This document shows, one piece after another, positions 59,460-64,000 of a stretch of DNA of 64,000 nt. The notes beneath the pieces were generated by a model. It was not told the origin of the DNA. It saw nothing but the letters and a program-made list of their open reading frames with translations, and did not search any database. This DNA is from Escherichia coli. GTDB lineage: Bacteria > Pseudomonadota > Gammaproteobacteria > Enterobacterales > Enterobacteriaceae. Made by a program: the position numbers and the translations under genes. How positions within the stretch are numbered: the stretch's first letter is position 1; every line of letters begins with the position of its first letter. The DNA is taken from the NCBI RefSeq assembly GCF_041886205.1, contig NZ_CP169029.1. The stretch is one strand, 5' to 3'.

Positions 59460-60170
59460 ATGGCAACCACTCATTTGGATGTTTGCGCCGTGGTTCCGGC
59501 GGCCGGATTTGGCCGTCGAATGCAAACGGAATGTCCTAAGCAATATCTCTCAATCGGTAATCAAACCATTCTTGAACACTCGGTGCATGCGCTGCTGGCG
59601 CATCCCCAGGTGAAACGTGTCGTCATTGCCATAAGTCCTGGCGATAGCCGTTTTGCACAACTTCCTCTGGCGAATCATCCGCAAATCACCGTTGTAGATG
59701 GCGGTGATGAGCGTGCCGATTCCGTGCTGGCAGGTCTGAAAGCCGCTGGCGACGCGCAGTGGGTATTGGTGCATGACGCCGCTCGTCCTTGTCTGCATCA
59801 GGATGACCTCGCGCGATTGTTGGCGTTGAGCGAAACCAGCCGCACGGGGGGGATCCTCGCCGCACCAGTGCGCGATACTATGAAACGTGCCGAACCGGGC
59901 AAAAATGCCATTGCTCATACCGTTGATCGCAACGGCTTATGGCACGCGCTGACGCCGCAATTTTTCCCTCGTGAGCTGTTACATGACTGTTTGACGCGCG
60001 CTCTAAATGAAGGCGCGACTATTACCGACGAAGCCTCGGCGCTGGAATATTGCGGATTCCATCCTCAGTTGGTCGAAGGCCGTGCGGATAACATTAAAGT
60101 CACGCGCCCGGAGGATTTGGCACTGGCCGAGTTTTACCTCACCCGAACCATCCATCAGGAGAATACATAA
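59460..60170 (+). CDS. ispD: 2-C-methyl-D-erythritol 4-phosphate cytidylyltransferase
   Basis: 236-aa ORF. Confidence 0.95.
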
Positions 60171-60649
60171 TGCGAATTGGACACGGTTTTGACGTACACG
60201 CCTTTGGCGGTGAAGGCCCAATTATCATTGGTGGCGTACGCATTCCTTACGAAAAAGGATTGCTGGCGCATTCTGATGGCGACGTGGCGCTCCATGCGTT
60301 GACCGATGCATTGCTTGGCGCGGCGGCGCTGGGGGATATCGGCAAACTGTTCCCGGATACCGATCCGGCATTTAAAGGTGCCGATAGCCGCGAGCTGCTA
60401 CGCGAAGCCTGGCGTCGTATTCAGGCGAAGGGTTATACCCTTGGCAACGTCGATGTCACTATCATCGCTCAGGCACCGAAGATGTTGCCGCACATTCCAC
60501 AAATGCGCGTGTTTATTGCCGAAGATCTCGGCTGCCATATGGATGATGTTAACGTGAAAGCCACTACTACGGAAAAACTGGGATTTACCGGACGTGGGGA
60601 AGGGATTGCCTGTGAAGCGGTGGCGCTACTCATTAAGGCAACAAAATGA
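60170..60649 (+). CDS. ispF: 2-C-methyl-D-erythritol 2,4-cyclodiphosphate synthase
   Basis: 159 aa, [27 protein letters not shown]... Confidence 0.96.
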
Positions 60650-61675
60650 TTGAGTTTGATAATCTCACTTACCTCCACGGTAAACCGCAAGGCACCGGGC
60701 TGCTGAAAGCCAATCCGGAAGACTTTGTGGTGGTGGAAGATTTGGGCTTTGAGCCTGATGGTGAAGGTGAGCATATTCTGGTTAGAATCCTCAAAAACGG
60801 TTGCAATACCCGTTTTGTGGCGGATGCACTGGCGAAATTCCTGAAAATTCATTCCCGTGAAGTCAGCTTTGCTGGGCAAAAAGACAAACATGCTGTTACA
60901 GAACAGTGGTTATGCGCTCGCGTGCCGGGCAAGGAAATGCCCGATCTGAGCGCCTTTCAACTGGAAGGCTGCCAGGTGCTGGAGTATGCGCGGCACAAGC
61001 GCAAGCTGCGTTTAGGGGCGCTGAAAGGTAACGCCTTTACCCTGGTTCTGCGCGAAGTGAGCAATCGCGGTGACGTTGAACAACGTCTGATCGATATTTG
61101 CGTAAAAGGTGTACCGAACTACTTCGGTGCCCAACGTTTTGGGATTGGCGGTAGCAACTTGCAGGGCGCGCTGCGCTGGGCGCAAACCAATACTCCGGTG
61201 CGCGATCGCAATAAACGGAGTTTTTGGTTGTCGGCAGCCCGCAGTGCGTTGTTTAATCAGATTGTTGCTGAGCGCCTCAAAAAAGCAGACGTTAATCAAG
61301 TTGTTGACGGCGATGCGCTACAATTAGCCGGACGTGGTAGCTGGTTTGTTGCAACCACCGAAGAACTGGTGGAATTACAGCGTCGCGTCAACGATAAAGA
61401 GCTGATGATAACCGCCGCATTGCCGGGCAGTGGCGAATGGGGAACTCAGCGTGAAGCGCTGGCATTCGAACAGGCAGCTGTCGCCGCAGAAACTGAATTA
61501 CAAGCCTTACTGGTGCGCGAAAAAGTTGAAGCCGCGCGCAGAGCGATGCTGCTGTATCCGCAACAATTAAGCTGGAACTGGTGGGATGACGTCACCGTAG
61601 AGATCCGTTTCTGGCTTCCGGCGGGTAGTTTTGCAACCAGCGTTGTCAGGGAACTTATCAACACAACAGGTGATT

Positions 61676-61695
<20 letters not shown>
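60646..61695 (+). CDS. truD: tRNA pseudouridine(13) synthase
   Basis: 349-aa ORF overlapping ispF stop. Confidence 0.93.
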
Positions 61696-63057
<1,362 letters not shown>

Positions 63058-63196
63058 AACGTGAGGAAATACCTGGATTTTTCCTGGTTATTTTGCCGCA
63101 GGTCAGCGTATCGTGAACATCTTTTCCAGTGTTCAGTATGGTGCCTTGCACGGTAATTATGTCACTGGTTATTAACCAATTTTTCCTGGGGGATAA

Positions 63197-64000
63197 ATGA
63201 GCGCGGGAAGCCCAAAATTCACCGTTCGCCGCATTGCGGCTTTGTCACTGGTTTCGCTATGGCTGGCAGGCTGTTCTGACACTTCAAATCCACCGGCACC
63301 GGTCAGCTCCGTTAATGGCAATGCGCCTGCAAATACCAATTCTGGTATGTTGATTACGCCGCCGCCGAAAATGGGGACGACGTCTACAACCCAGCAACCG
63401 CAAATTCAGCCGGTACAGCAGCCACAAATTCAGGCTACTCAACAACCGCAAATCCAGCCAGTGCAGCCAGTAGCTCAGCAGCCGGTACAGATGGAAAACG
63501 GACGCATCGTCTACAACCGTCAGTATGGGAACATTCCGAAAGGCAGTTATAGCGGCAGTACCTATACCGTGAAAAAAGGCGACACACTTTTCTATATCGC
63601 CTGGATTACTGGCAACGATTTCCGTGACCTTGCTCAGCGCAACAATATTCAGGCACCATACGCGCTGAACGTAGGTCAGACCTTACAGGTGGGGAATGCT
63701 TCCGGTACGCCAATCACTGGCGGAAATGCCATTACCCAGGCCGACGCAGCAGAGCAAGGAGTTGTGATCAAGCCTGCACAAAATTCCACCGTTGCTGTTG
63801 CGTCGCAACCGACAATTACGTATTCTGAGTCTTCGGGTGAACAGAGTGCTAACAAAATGTTGCCTAACAACAAGCCAACTGCGACCACGGTCACAGCGCC
63901 TGTAACGGTACCAACAGCAAGCACAACCGAGCCGACTGTCAGCAGTACATCAACCAGTACGCCTATCTCCACCTGGCGCTGGCCGACTGAGGGCAAAGTG
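63197..64000 (+). CDS. nlpD: Lipoprotein NlpD, 5' part only (gene continues beyond window end)
   Basis: [27 protein letters not shown] lipoprotein signal with lipobox, QPQIQP repeats, LysM-like segment; no stop before window end. Confidence 0.9.
   Translation, partial: MSAGSPKFTVRRIAALSLVSLWLAGCSDTSNPPAPVSSVNGNAPANTNSGMLITPPPKMGTTSTTQQPQIQPVQQPQIQATQQPQIQPVQPVAQQPVQMENGRIVYNRQYGNIPKGSYSGSTYTVKKGDTLFYIAWITGNDFRDLAQRNNIQAPYALNVGQTLQVGNASGTPITGGNAITQADAAEQGVVIKPAQNSTVAVASQPTITYSESSGEQSANKMLPNNKPTATTVTAPVTVPTASTTEPTVSSTSTSTPISTWRWPTEGKV

Noticed and set aside
63676-63996. 106-aa minus-strand ORF
   Set aside because: Antisense to nlpD, in the low-complexity Thr/Val/Ala-rich part of the gene.

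Overview
Enterobacterial chromosome segment, almost certainly Escherichia coli. It is colinear, in reverse orientation, with the K-12 backbone fucI ... xni-sdaBC-ppnN-queF-syd-csrB-yqcC-truC-yqcA-gudPXD-barA-rlmD-relA-mazEFG-pyrG-eno ... queE ... queD-cysJIH ... iap-cysDNC-ygbE-ftsB-ispDF-truD-surE-pcm-nlpD. All K-12 comparisons are from memory; no database search was run. Against that backbone I see four strain-variable segments. (1) fucP is absent: a sugar ABC transporter, an FGGY pentulose-type kinase and a LacI-family regulator lie between fucI and a fucA whose 5' third looks divergent, with twin perfect 16-bp palindromes in the divergent promoter. (2) About 10 kb between eno and queE carries two PTS modules: a lactose/cellobiose-type IIC, an unrecognised 514-aa protein, IIB, IIA, an RpiR regulator and a porin, bracketed by about 80-bp direct repeats; and an RpiR regulator with a glucose-family EIICB and a NanE-like epimerase. 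(3) A type I-E CRISPR array with its leader (4 spacers) sits beside a 3' ygcE remnant directly abutting queD. (4) The I-E cas operon is missing: a 5' cas3 fragment (HD domain and helicase motifs I-III) runs in frame straight into a leaderless 2-spacer array beside iap, and a Hok-family type I toxin ORF lies just upstream. CsrB sRNA with its UvrY box and the mazEF toxin-antitoxin pair are present. No tRNA, rRNA, intact IS or prophage was seen. The overall pattern (cas-less I-E locus with retained arrays, extra kinase in the fuc cluster) resembles what I recall for the E. coli B lineage, but that is inference.
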